This document shows positions 19,643 to 29,990 of a DNA stretch of 53,990 nucleotides, piece after piece. Both the position numbers and the translations under genes were made by a program. The stretch lies in IMG/VR virus record IMGVR_UViG_3300025276_000041, positions 1-53,990 of that record; one strand, written 5' to 3'. Under the pieces are notes generated by a model. That model was not told where the DNA came from. It saw only the letters and a program-made list of their open reading frames with translations, and made no database searches. How positions within the stretch are numbered: the first letter of the stretch is position 1; each line of letters begins with the position of its first letter. This DNA is from a virus (taxonomy: Duplodnaviria; Caudoviricetes).

Positions 19643-21460
19643 ATGGCAAAATCGTTTTATGGATATGTAAAAAGAGATGACAAGGCGTTTGTTGATTGGG
19701 GAGCTATTGGCACTCAGCTATCTGATGATTTAGCCCTAGAAAGCAAAAGAAGAGCAGACAAAAGACAAGAGATTGAACTTCAAACTATTGAAGATGTAAA
19801 AAATATTAATAAGCTAGGGGCTGATCAAAGCCAGCTTAATAGTGAATTTTATATGGACGCCGCAGATCAGATACGTGAATTTTTATTGATGTCACAAGGC
19901 GAGATGCAGAAGGGTGGATGGAGCGGGTTACGACCCTCAGAGTTTTTAAAACAAAGACAAGTTATAAATGATGGTGTTGACCAACTTGCTACAGCGGCAG
20001 AGTCTCAAGCCGCACAACAAGCACAGCTATTAAAGCGTGTCCAGGCGAACGAGGCTGGTCTTACGGAGAGGTATAATCATGAAGATCTTGATCAGTTTAT
20101 TAGTACTGAAAACAAAAGCGTTTATATTAATCCTATAAATGGAAGAATGTCAATTGCCACGAGAGACCCTATTACCAAAAAGATTTCAACCGACCCAATG
20201 AAGTTGTTAGATATAAATCGACTATCTACACGAATGACCTATAGAGCTAATACTCCAGATATTGACTCAATGGTTTCAAAAGCAAATAAAGTTTTGTCTC
20301 CCACAACTATAGCCTTGACCCAAGGTGGTATAAAATCTATTAAGACCGCGATGAACAACCCAAAATATTTGGATGCGGAAACTAGCATGATTAAGGGGAT
20401 GATGGCTTCGGATGAAGTTATCGCCAATATTTTAGGTTTAGATCCAGAGTATAATATGACTCAAGATGCAGCAGAAGCCAATAAGTCTGGTAATAAAAAA
20501 ATACTAACAAAAAAAGATGAGAATGGTGTTTTTGTTCCTATTCTGTCTGAATCTCAAAAAACTGAAGCAGAAGAGATTCTTCGCGCTAGAATACGTGCTA
20601 GTCTAGAGAAGGTTCAAACAGGCAGAGAAGATAGTTCTGCTGACAGACAATACAGCCGCGGGGTGGCTAAGTCTAAGCAAAAAGGTGTAGGCTATATTAG
20701 TGAGTTAAGTGATATTTTTTCTGGGAATGCTGAGAAAGCTGAAAGTGGTTTGGCTTCTATAATTGGAAGAATACAAGAAAAAGAAGGCTATAAAGGGGTT
20801 ACGGGTGCTCTATCAGATACTGGAATCACTTTAACATTTAAAGACGGCTCTACAGACTTTATTAAAAAACCCGCAATCTTTAAAGATTTTGTTACTGGAG
20901 GTGCAACTAGGTTAATGCCAGACGGGGTGGATGATGTTAATGTAGCTTATAAAAACTGGATTGATGCAGGAAATATCGTTGGAGTAAGAACAGATATGAC
21001 AACTGATCGTTTAGGAATAATACCACCAACTAAAGTTCTTAGTGAACTAGTTATTAAAGAAGGAGAGAAGGAATTAACGGTTAAAAATTATCTTAAAGAA
21101 AATAATTATAATTCTAAAAAAGATGCGGTTGAAAAAGTTATTTTAGAATTACTACCACCTGAACTTAAAGCTAATCTTAAGGTTTCTGATAATTATAGTC
21201 CAGGACTTGTGAGAAGAGCTAGAAGATCTTTGAATATTTCTTTAGGCAATATTATTGATAATATTAATATTCCTTTTGACAATACTGATGAGTCTAGAAA
21301 TGAAATATTAAATGTTATAGATTTAATTCAAAAATCAGCTGGGGAAGGAAAAACTTTAACTATTGAAGACATTAAGTCTATTTTGGGAGAAGAAAGTAAA
21401 TCAATATTTGATTCATTAAATAAAATAGATAGTAAATCTGATGATAACAACTTTGGGTAA
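19643..21460 (+). CDS. Internal virion / ejection protein 2
   Basis: 605-aa helical protein in ejection-module position. Confidence 0.6.
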   Translation: MAKSFYGYVKRDDKAFVDWGAIGTQLSDDLALESKRRADKRQEIELQTIEDVKNINKLGADQSQLNSEFYMDAADQIREFLLMSQGEMQKGGWSGLRPSEFLKQRQVINDGVDQLATAAESQAAQQAQLLKRVQANEAGLTERYNHEDLDQFISTENKSVYINPINGRMSIATRDPITKKISTDPMKLLDINRLSTRMTYRANTPDIDSMVSKANKVLSPTTIALTQGGIKSIKTAMNNPKYLDAETSMIKGMMASDEVIANILGLDPEYNMTQDAAEANKSGNKKILTKKDENGVFVPILSESQKTEAEEILRARIRASLEKVQTGREDSSADRQYSRGVAKSKQKGVGYISELSDIFSGNAEKAESGLASIIGRIQEKEGYKGVTGALSDTGITLTFKDGSTDFIKKPAIFKDFVTGGATRLMPDGVDDVNVAYKNWIDAGNIVGVRTDMTTDRLGIIPPTKVLSELVIKEGEKELTVKNYLKENNYNSKKDAVEKVILELLPPELKANLKVSDNYSPGLVRRARRSLNISLGNIIDNINIPFDNTDESRNEILNVIDLIQKSAGEGKTLTIEDIKSILGEESKSIFDSLNKIDSKSDDNNFG

Positions 21461-24400
21461 TGAGTGAAGATATTTTAAATAGAATTTGGAAAAACTTGAC
21501 CAAAAATAAACTCACTAAGAGTGATTTTGAAACTTGGAAATCTAATATTGAATCTGATCAAAAAGTTCAAGAAAATGTTCATCAGTATTTAGTTGAAAAA
21601 AAATTAACTGATTCAGATTTTACTACTTGGCAATCCAATAGTGGTTTAAAAAAAAAAGAAGAAATCGTTACGGAATCTATTTCAGAGGATGGTTCTTCGG
21701 GCTTTGCAGAAGGTGAAGTTGAAGAATTTGTTGGCGATGTAAAAATCCCACAAGATGGTCTAGAGTCTACCCCTTTTGGTGTTAAAAGAAAGGTTGATGG
21801 TGAGCTTACAAGCATATCTCCTACAACAGAGGCTATGATGCCAGAGGTCACCTTTCCACAAAAAACAGAAGAGACTTTAGAAGAAAAAGCAGCCTCTAAA
21901 TTAGAGCCATCTCAAGACGCTTTATTTGTTTCTACATTAGAAACACAAGAACCCACCGTAAAAGAAATAGAAAAAGATATATCGCCATTAATTGATGATC
22001 AAACAATAGAAAGGCTATCGGCTGATTTAGACCCTGAGGTAGAAAAGGAGACAAGAAAATTCTATGAGGACAGAGGCATAGACTACGATGAGGTTAGAGC
22101 TTTAGAGTTGAGATACGATGAGCTTTTAAATAAAAAGCTAGCGGCTGAAGAGGTTAATGAAATTATAAACAACTATTCTCAGACCATGACAGGCACAGGT
22201 TTAGAGATCACAGAGGATGAAAGGTTGTTAGAAATAAAAGAAAAGTATCCTCAGTTTTTTAATAGCCAAGGATTACCTTCTTTTACAGACTTTAGTGAAC
22301 TAGAACAAAAGGAGTTTGATAAAATAAGTAAGCTTATTGTAGACTCTAAAGGCAATGAAGTTAGAACTAGATACACAGATCAAGGGGTACCAGTTAAAAG
22401 TTTTGCAGAAGATCAAAGTAATCAGAGACTAAGAGAAGACCTTGATGAGTATTTGGTTTCTAAGAGAAAAGAAAGAAGCTCTCAAGCGGCTGTTTACAAC
22501 GAAGAAGCAAAAGCTGTTATTAAAAAAGTAGACGAAGAGTCTGTAAGGGTTTTTGGAAAAGACTTGTCTAGCGTTTTGTCTGAGTCTGAAAAAGGACAAA
22601 GGGTTATTTCAGAAGAAGATTCTGCAATACTAAACAGACTAATTAAAGAATTTAATTCATCTCTTTCTACATCTGATTTGGCAGCTAAAGAATACGCAAA
22701 GTCTATGCTTTACTATAACCGTCAACACAACAAGAGTTTAAATGGCGAGTATGAAGATGGATACAAGGCTACCTTAAACGCCATCAAGGGTGGCGCTAAA
22801 ATGGGTAACTCTATAGTAGGTTTGTTTTCAGTTATGCTAGATACCCCAGGTTCCTCTAAAGAAGAAGTCATAAAGAAAATGGCTGAAAATTTTGAAGAGC
22901 AATCTAAACTTCCAACTTCTCGTCTTATGACTAGGTTTCAACAATCTAAGTCTGCAACTGAATTAAAAACCGCGGTATTAAATAACCCTATTGGCTATAT
23001 GGCCTCTTTTATGGGGGAAAGTCTTGCTATGATGTTGCCCGCAGGTGTTCGTTTTGGAGTTGCGAATACTTTAGCGCAAGTTGGAATTGGAGCCGCTAGA
23101 GCTGGAGCACCTGGGGCTACTGCAGGATTAGCAACTGGTATCATAAGTTCTTTTTCTGCAGCCAACGGTATTGTAGAGTATGGTAATGCGTTTTTTGAAG
23201 CGGCAGGGGAAAAGGGTTATGACTTATCTAATCCCGATGATATGCTCAACGCGATGCAAGACGAAGAGGTTTGGGATAAAGCTAATAGAGTTGGAATACC
23301 AAGAGCTATTGCAATATCTGGAGTTGACTTAGCTGGTGGTACTTTAATGAGCAAGGCGCTAAAAGGATTAAAGTATAGTACCATTTCTCGTGGTCGTTTA
23401 GTAGGAACCGCTTTAGGTTCTCAAGTTATTATAGGCCCCACTCAAGAAGGTGGGGGAGAGCTTTTAGCTCAAGCAGTTGCCGGAGAAGGCTTTAGTCTTC
23501 AAGAAACTGTTGCTGAAATGATAGGAGGGGCAGGAACAAACATTCCCAACATAGGTTTAGATGTTTATGGCATAGCCACAGGCAAGGTCAATAATAAACT
23601 AGCAGAAGACTTAAAGAGCACACGTTTTATGGCTTCAGAACTTGAGAATATGTCTGGAGAAAAAATACAGTCTTGGGTTTACAACATGCGAAGGTTAGGT
23701 AAAATGACTCCAGAACAAGAGTCTGAGATATTAGATAATTTAAGCAGTGTAAAAGAAATTAAGGAACTTGTAGACAACAAGGCAGAGTTTAAAGACATGA
23801 AGTCAAAAGAACGAATAGAATATATTTCAGTTCTATCTGTTTTAAAACAAGAGCTTAAGTCCTTAAAAGAAGAAAGCGAAGTTTTGGGAGTGTCGATTGA
23901 TGCCGAAAAGAAGAAAAGTCTAGAGGATAAAATTAAAAAGTTAGTCAATAAAGAAATTACACCTAAAAGCGTTTTACAGGAAAAAATAAAAGAATCATTA
24001 ACATTTAAAGAAGAGTCTGATGCCATTCAAGAGTCAAGCACAGAGAGCGTGGATGTACAAGAACAAGCCGGAGCTAGCGAAGGAGTTCGAGAAGGAGACA
24101 TCACAGAGCGAGTTGCTCCCACAGAGAGCACAACCCAAGATGGGCAAGAGCAAGATGTCGAAACGCAAGTCGAGGAAATCGCGCAAGAGGAGATTATTGA
24201 GCCGAGCCTAAGTCCTCAAGAAATTGAAGCTCAAGAGTTGGAAGACCTTAAGAAAGAGATTGGTCAACCTACCGAAGAAGTTCAAGAGGAAGAAAACAAC
24301 CTTGAAGGTAATTTGTTTTTAAAAGGATCAGATCCTCAATTATCTATTACTCAGAGAAACAAAAGAACTGGATTAATAAAGAGAGGTAAGTCGGCTATTC

Positions 24401-27400
24401 GTTCTATAAAAAAAATCCTACCCAATACTAAAATTATACTACATAAAAATAATGAGTCTTATATTTTAGCGGCAGGCAGAAAAGGGAAAGGTGAATTTGT
24501 TCCAAAAACAAATACTATTCATATTAACTTGAGCAAAGCCACGGGTTCTACAATTGCTCATGAGGTTTTTCATGCGGTCTTTATAGATAAGGTAAAAGGC
24601 TCTAAGGATCTACAAAAAACTGCTGCCGATATGGTTAAGTCCATTGGGAAAAGTCTGCCGAAAGATAGTGATTTAGCTAAAAAAGTAAAGAATTTTAGCG
24701 ACAGATATGAATCTGGAATTCAAGATGAAGAATTTCTTGCAGAGTTAGTTGGTCTATTGTCATCTGAAGAGTTTGGCTTTAGCGAACTTCCTAAACCAGC
24801 AAAGAATACTATTATAGAGTTTCTTAAAAAGATTGCTAAAAAAATAGGCATTAAGCTTGAGGCAACATTTGGCAAGACTGATGAAAGTGTAATAGACTTA
24901 ATTAATATTCTGACACGCAAGGTGTCTACTGGTGAAGAGATTGTTGCAGAAGATGTTCAATCACTAGAGCAAGAAGAGAAAGATTCTAAAAGTGAAATAA
25001 CAAATAGGCAACAAAAAGAAGCTTTAGATATTATAGGAGTTGAAACACCTAAAAAAAATGCAACAAAAATCGTTGTAGCAGACATATTAAATGGCTTTGC
25101 AAAATCAGAGTTGACTCCAAATTCTTCTGAGCAAGATTTAATATCTAGATTTTTAGAAAACATATTTGAAGAGTCTTTGTATACATTAAATAAAGGATCA
25201 AGAGAGTCGGGTATGACTTGGTACATGGAAGACATTACTGAGTTTGAAAACAAAATGAAAGTTTTATTGCCTGAGCTCGAAGACCCCAATCAAATGAAGT
25301 TGTTCAAGCAAGTTCTTGCAATCACTTCTTCGGGAACCAACCCTAACCAAAACCTAAAGACAGCATACACTTTGTGGGTTCGATCTAACGGAGATGCCGT
25401 AAACTTTGCTAAAAACTGGGGGAAAGATAAGATTTCTTTTATTACTAAAAAAGGCGTGCCTTTAGGTACAGGCGTTGTGGTTCGGGAGACTAAAACTAAG
25501 TATGTACTACAGAAAGTGGATGCTTTAGGAAATCTAGAAACATTTAAAAATGGAACACCAAAGTTATTTGAAGCTAAAAAATCACAGTTAAAAAAAGGAT
25601 ACCCTAAGCCGGCTGGATTTACATCTAGAGGTAGTATTGTAGCGCAACAGCTAATCAAGATAGAAAAGGTTTATAAATCTGTAGGCAAAGACATTAATAA
25701 ACTTATTTCGTTCTTTGAAGAAACTCAACCTGTATCTGAACTTAGAAAATACAACAAGGGAATTCCTGACGCTGATGGAAACACAAGAATAATAGCTGTT
25801 GGTAAGCGTAATGGAGCGTTTATTTTTGGTGAAAAAATTGGTGCTTTCTATCAAAATATGATTGGTATCGGAGATACAATCACTATGGATTTATGGTGGA
25901 GTCGTACTTGGAATAGATATATGGGTACAATGTTATCTACTGTAAAAGGAGAGAGAAATATTCAAGAAACACCAAGGACAGATAGAGAGCGTGATATTAT
26001 GCGTAAAGCCGTAACTTTGGCTGCTGATAAATTAAATCTTAGCGTAAGTGAACTTCAAGCAGTTATATGGTATTTTGAACAAGAACTTTGGACTAAGGCC
26101 GGAAAGGTATCTCCAAGTTTTAGCTACGTTACAGCAGTAAATAAATTAAATAACGAAATAGAAACAGATGAAGAAACAAAAAGAAGATTTTCAAAAGCTG
26201 GAGCAGACCTCACAAAGGCTGAAGAGAGAAGGCAAGATGCCGTCTCTAGAGCAGATAATATTGTTAATGAAGCAAGTGGCGAAGGAGTTGTAGCTAATCG
26301 TCAAGAAATATCTCCAAGACAACAACTTGAAGAAATCGTAGGGGATACAGAAAATAGTTTATTTCAAACGATAGCACAAGCTAGATTTGCTGGCTTTAAA
26401 GACATAACAATTAAAGCACTTCTTAAGGAGCAAAAATATTCAGTAGCAGACATTAATGAGGCTATGAAGGTTGAAAAAATAGTTAGCCTTTCTTTTCCTT
26501 CAATACTTTCAAGAGCATTTTATAAATCTAAGTTTCATACGACAAAGTCGGCTAAAGACAGGATAAAACAAATTTTAGACTTAGAGATAGGTAGGTCTGT
26601 AGAATTACCAAGTTCTTTTGCCAATGTAAAAGGAGGCGTTATCTCTGGTAAAAGGCTACTCGTAGACATAATGACGGAAGTTACTGAGAAAGCTATTCTT
26701 AAAAGAAATAGCTATAGGAAAATCTTTGAGACAAAAGAAAAAAGATTGTCTAACGCTCAAGTTAAAAAGTTATCTGCTGAGAGCTCAAAAGAAAGGGCTG
26801 AAGTTAGAAAAATAGCTATAGAAACTCTAGAAAAAAATTCTGACTACAAGAACGAAAGCGAAGAGATGCAAGCCCAGATGAAGCTAGACCTAGATAGAAT
26901 CATAAGTGGTGAAGTTGGAACTTACGGGTCTAAAATGTTTATAGAAAACTTTAGAGTTTTGAGAACTATGCTCTCTGAAAGAGCTAAAGGAAGGGCTGGA
27001 ATTAAGGAAATGCAAATGATGCTGAGGTCTTTTATTAGACAAAACCTTCCCTCTATTGATTATAGCAAGCCTGAAGTTAGCAGGCTCCTAAAAGCCATTA
27101 CAGATGTCAAGATAGACCCAAAGTCTAGATCTACAAATATTGATGAGATAACGGCTAGGGTTGTTGGTTACGTTTCAGAGGCTCAGTCTTCTCAAGTGGA
27201 AAGTAAAATAAATAAATTACTTAGCACAACGACACAAAGGACAGAGTCTGGGAGAATTAAGGGTAAGGGATTTCTTCCTTCTTTTCAAGATAGTTTTGCT
27301 GAATTAGAGAGAATGATTGTCGATGACAACATGGCTGAGCAAAAAATTCAAGACACCATAGGTGCACAACGTCGAGAGTTTGAAGATATAATGAGCCGAA

Positions 27401-29955
27401 CTCAAGAAAGAACAGTTAATGAAATCCAGACTCCTGCCGAAGAGCTATCTCAAGAAGATTTAGATCGTTTAGAGATTTTACAAATCGCCATAGAGCTTAA
27501 CTCAGCTAAGATGATGGAAAACAAAGACCCTTTAAAAGTAAAGGCTCTTAGTAATGTTTTAGTATTGTTGCAAAAGTATATTTTGAGAGGGAAGTCTGAA
27601 AACAAGGGAGAACTAAATGCTTATAAACAAAGAGTTAATAACATGATTGCTGAAGCTTTTTATAATGTTTCTGGAGGACAAAACATTCCAGAGACAGAAG
27701 AAGAAAGAGCTAGATGGGTAAGAAGGTCAGCAAATAAAGCTCAAAGAAGAAATGATTCAAGAAATTTATTTCTCTCTGCATTCAAAACAGCATTTACAGG
27801 ACTAGAAGGGTATTTTACAAAGAGCAACGCGTTAGAGGGTCTTGTAAGTAAAGTCACAATGATTCCTGGAGAAATGATAGGGGGTCGCTTTCAAGATATG
27901 ATTACATATAGGGTGAAAGATTCAACTTCTGAGTTTACTAGAAGAAAATTGTTAGTCACTAAAATGATTGATGATAATGCTAAACGCATTTTTGGTAAAG
28001 ACTACATCTCTAAGATGGAGAAAAATAAAGCTGGAATAAACACAGGTCTTTATGTTAATTCTCAAGAGGCAAAAGATATTAAACTTAAAATATCAAAAGA
28101 AAAAAACGAAGCAAAGAAAAGAAAATTAATTAGTAAGCTAGGGGAATTAGAAATAGAAGCAAGTAAAAATCAAATATATTATTTATACAATCAATATAAA
28201 GACCCTGCTAATATACCAACTTTTAACGCCATGTATGGTGAAGATTATGCTAAAACAATGGAGGGTCTGATTAATTTCTTGGATGACGAAACTAAGGCTT
28301 GGGCAGATTGGCAAGTTAATGTTTTCTTCCCTTCTTTATATAATGACTATAATGATGTATATAAAAGAATATATCGTGCTAATATGCCATGGAATCAGTT
28401 TTATGCAGGCAGACTTTATAGGGAGGTTAATAAAAAGGATGCCGGTGTTGATTTATTAAAAAGCCAAACTCAATACATGGGCAGTGTAGGTGGTCAATCA
28501 ACAAAAGAAAGAGTAAAAAATAAGGAGCGTATATTAAAAGTAGATGGAGATAAAGCTTTAAGTGTTTATGTGAATGATATGGAATACTTTAGGGCTTATG
28601 CTGAAACTTTAAAGGAAATTAACACCGTATTCAATAATAAGTATGTTAGACTCTCTATAGAGGAAAACACAGGCAAAGAAACTTACAAGCTTATTACGGA
28701 CATGATAAATAAACTTAGCACTAGAGGTATAAAGAGTGGGGAAATACAATTATTAAATAAATTAAACTCAGCGTTTGTTAGCGCTAAATTAGGCATAAAT
28801 CCTACCGTTTTTGTAAAACAATTAACGTCTGCGTTTGCTTTTGCGGATTATGTTGGAATTAGAAATTGGATTAAATACTGGGTTAAAGCCGCTCCAGATG
28901 CTAAACAACTATGGAACGAGTGGTACGATAACTCTCCAGTTTTGCAGGCTAGATATGAGTTTTCTTCTATAGCAAATGTTTTAGAAGGCTATGATTACGA
29001 TACCATAAATGACAAAATACAGTCCCCTGTATTTGAAGCTTTATCTATTACTAAAGATGAAATTTCTAAAGCTCAAAACGCCTTGATGTATTTAGTGAAA
29101 ATGGGTGACATGGGAGGAATAATGGGAGGCATATCTAACTATTTGTATTACAAAGAAAAGTTTGCAGAAAAAAACCCAAAGGCTACCGAGCAACAAGCGA
29201 TTGATTATGCTTCTCGAAAGGCTACCAATGAGGCTACAAGCACACAACAAAATAGTGCTATTGAAGATAAAGACTGGTGGCAGACGGCTGGTCAATTACC
29301 TAGGCTCATGTCTTTATTCCTATCAGCGCCAAAGGCTTTAAATAGAAAAACTATTATGTCTGTGAGGCAGTTGTATAGAAAGTCTGCAACTTTAGGCAAG
29401 GCCATGAGAGAGGGTAAATCATTCAAAGAGGCTAACGAAATTGCTAGAAATACTGGTCGAGGTAGCGCATATGAAAACTGGAGGAGAATGGCTATATATC
29501 ATAGTGCTATTCCAACTGTTTTTCAATATGTTGCACTAGGTATGCCAGGTCTTCTAACAGACTTTGATGATGATGACTTAGAAGAGTTAGGTATCGCAGC
29601 AATTTTAGGAAACATAAACGCTGTGTTTTTAGTGGGAGATTTATTTGTTGCCGCTAAAGACCTATATCTTAACAAATTTTGGGCAGGGCGAATGAAAAAC
29701 CTTTCTGCTTTTATGGCTATAGAAGAGATAGCTACAAGGTCAATAATTCCTCTTGTAAACAGTTCTTCTCCTGAAAAAACCAAAAAATATACTATGAGAT
29801 TAATTCTTCAACTACTAGAACTCGGTGGAATTCCAGCTAAAAATGTAAAAAAACTAGCAGAAAACTATTACAAGCTATTAACTGGAGATGTCGAAGATAC
29901 TGGAGAGGCTGTAGCTCGTTTACTAAACTACTCTGACTACGTTATAGAGAAATAA
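21460..29955 (+). CDS. Giant internal virion (polyvalent-type) protein with a zincin HEVFH domain and a putative HhH-glycosylase-like domain
   Basis: 2831 aa with a Gly/Ala hydrophobic segment, TIAHEVFH...EEFLAE, and WY...LAITSSG...N...GEKIGAFYQN...ITMDLW...LQAVIW. Confidence 0.75.
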   Translation: MSEDILNRIWKNLTKNKLTKSDFETWKSNIESDQKVQENVHQYLVEKKLTDSDFTTWQSNSGLKKKEEIVTESISEDGSSGFAEGEVEEFVGDVKIPQDGLESTPFGVKRKVDGELTSISPTTEAMMPEVTFPQKTEETLEEKAASKLEPSQDALFVSTLETQEPTVKEIEKDISPLIDDQTIERLSADLDPEVEKETRKFYEDRGIDYDEVRALELRYDELLNKKLAAEEVNEIINNYSQTMTGTGLEITEDERLLEIKEKYPQFFNSQGLPSFTDFSELEQKEFDKISKLIVDSKGNEVRTRYTDQGVPVKSFAEDQSNQRLREDLDEYLVSKRKERSSQAAVYNEEAKAVIKKVDEESVRVFGKDLSSVLSESEKGQRVISEEDSAILNRLIKEFNSSLSTSDLAAKEYAKSMLYYNRQHNKSLNGEYEDGYKATLNAIKGGAKMGNSIVGLFSVMLDTPGSSKEEVIKKMAENFEEQSKLPTSRLMTRFQQSKSATELKTAVLNNPIGYMASFMGESLAMMLPAGVRFGVANTLAQVGIGAARAGAPGATAGLATGIISSFSAANGIVEYGNAFFEAAGEKGYDLSNPDDMLNAMQDEEVWDKANRVGIPRAIAISGVDLAGGTLMSKALKGLKYSTISRGRLVGTALGSQVIIGPTQEGGGELLAQAVAGEGFSLQETVAEMIGGAGTNIPNIGLDVYGIATGKVNNKLAEDLKSTRFMASELENMSGEKIQSWVYNMRRLGKMTPEQESEILDNLSSVKEIKELVDNKAEFKDMKSKERIEYISVLSVLKQELKSLKEESEVLGVSIDAEKKKSLEDKIKKLVNKEITPKSVLQEKIKESLTFKEESDAIQESSTESVDVQEQAGASEGVREGDITERVAPTESTTQDGQEQDVETQVEEIAQEEIIEPSLSPQEIEAQELEDLKKEIGQPTEEVQEEENNLEGNLFLKGSDPQLSITQRNKRTGLIKRGKSAIRSIKKILPNTKIILHKNNESYILAAGRKGKGEFVPKTNTIHINLSKATGSTIAHEVFHAVFIDKVKGSKDLQKTAADMVKSIGKSLPKDSDLAKKVKNFSDRYESGIQDEEFLAELVGLLSSEEFGFSELPKPAKNTIIEFLKKIAKKIGIKLEATFGKTDESVIDLINILTRKVSTGEEIVAEDVQSLEQEEKDSKSEITNRQQKEALDIIGVETPKKNATKIVVADILNGFAKSELTPNSSEQDLISRFLENIFEESLYTLNKGSRESGMTWYMEDITEFENKMKVLLPELEDPNQMKLFKQVLAITSSGTNPNQNLKTAYTLWVRSNGDAVNFAKNWGKDKISFITKKGVPLGTGVVVRETKTKYVLQKVDALGNLETFKNGTPKLFEAKKSQLKKGYPKPAGFTSRGSIVAQQLIKIEKVYKSVGKDINKLISFFEETQPVSELRKYNKGIPDADGNTRIIAVGKRNGAFIFGEKIGAFYQNMIGIGDTITMDLWWSRTWNRYMGTMLSTVKGERNIQETPRTDRERDIMRKAVTLAADKLNLSVSELQAVIWYFEQELWTKAGKVSPSFSYVTAVNKLNNEIETDEETKRRFSKAGADLTKAEERRQDAVSRADNIVNEASGEGVVANRQEISPRQQLEEIVGDTENSLFQTIAQARFAGFKDITIKALLKEQKYSVADINEAMKVEKIVSLSFPSILSRAFYKSKFHTTKSAKDRIKQILDLEIGRSVELPSSFANVKGGVISGKRLLVDIMTEVTEKAILKRNSYRKIFETKEKRLSNAQVKKLSAESSKERAEVRKIAIETLEKNSDYKNESEEMQAQMKLDLDRIISGEVGTYGSKMFIENFRVLRTMLSERAKGRAGIKEMQMMLRSFIRQNLPSIDYSKPEVSRLLKAITDVKIDPKSRSTNIDEITARVVGYVSEAQSSQVESKINKLLSTTTQRTESGRIKGKGFLPSFQDSFAELERMIVDDNMAEQKIQDTIGAQRREFEDIMSRTQERTVNEIQTPAEELSQEDLDRLEILQIAIELNSAKMMENKDPLKVKALSNVLVLLQKYILRGKSENKGELNAYKQRVNNMIAEAFYNVSGGQNIPETEEERARWVRRSANKAQRRNDSRNLFLSAFKTAFTGLEGYFTKSNALEGLVSKVTMIPGEMIGGRFQDMITYRVKDSTSEFTRRKLLVTKMIDDNAKRIFGKDYISKMEKNKAGINTGLYVNSQEAKDIKLKISKEKNEAKKRKLISKLGELEIEASKNQIYYLYNQYKDPANIPTFNAMYGEDYAKTMEGLINFLDDETKAWADWQVNVFFPSLYNDYNDVYKRIYRANMPWNQFYAGRLYREVNKKDAGVDLLKSQTQYMGSVGGQSTKERVKNKERILKVDGDKALSVYVNDMEYFRAYAETLKEINTVFNNKYVRLSIEENTGKETYKLITDMINKLSTRGIKSGEIQLLNKLNSAFVSAKLGINPTVFVKQLTSAFAFADYVGIRNWIKYWVKAAPDAKQLWNEWYDNSPVLQARYEFSSIANVLEGYDYDTINDKIQSPVFEALSITKDEISKAQNALMYLVKMGDMGGIMGGISNYLYYKEKFAEKNPKATEQQAIDYASRKATNEATSTQQNSAIEDKDWWQTAGQLPRLMSLFLSAPKALNRKTIMSVRQLYRKSATLGKAMREGKSFKEANEIARNTGRGSAYENWRRMAIYHSAIPTVFQYVALGMPGLLTDFDDDDLEELGIAAILGNINAVFLVGDLFVAAKDLYLNKFWAGRMKNLSAFMAIEEIATRSIIPLVNSSSPEKTKKYTMRLILQLLELGGIPAKNVKKLAENYYKLLTGDVEDTGEAVARLLNYSDYVIEK
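24020..24211 (+). CDS. Overprinted small basic protein (MPFKSQAQRAWMYKNKPELAKEFEKET...) nested in the +1 frame of the giant gene
   Basis: The N-terminus matches a pattern I recall as a stand-alone small phage protein (MPFKS..QR.WM....PE.AK..E.ET). Recall not verified by search. Confidence 0.6.
   Translation: MPFKSQAQRAWMYKNKPELAKEFEKETSQSELLPQRAQPKMGKSKMSKRKSRKSRKRRLLSRA
26168..26293 (+). CDS. Candidate second nested gene (41 aa, MKKQKEDFQKLEQTSQRLKREGKMPSLEQIILLMKQVAKEL) in the +1 frame
   Basis: Translated by hand. Preceded by an A-rich leader (AAATAAATTAAATAACGAAATAGAAACAG-ATG) like those of bona fide genes here, and encodes amphipathic helices. Confidence 0.45.
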   Translation: MKKQKEDFQKLEQTSQRLKREGKMPSLEQIILLMKQVAKEL

Positions 29956-29990
29956 AAAAGGGAGCGTTTAAACGCCCCCTCTTTGTTTTT
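29954..29990. terminator. Bidirectional terminator between the convergent late and early arms
   Basis: A-run, then GGGAGCG-TTTAAA-CGCCCCC, then TCTTTGTTTTT. Confidence 0.75.

Noticed and set aside
155-29783. Numerous minus-strand ORFs opposite structural genes (e.g. 8166..8516, 11911..12303, 25290..25658)
   Set aside because: These are antisense shadows of long coding frames with no motifs or initiation signals.
21460-29955. The giant protein as a crAss/N4-like virion RNA polymerase
   Set aside because: I found no convincing catalytic DxDxD context. DFDDDD near the C-terminus is an acidic patch between hydrophobic helices.
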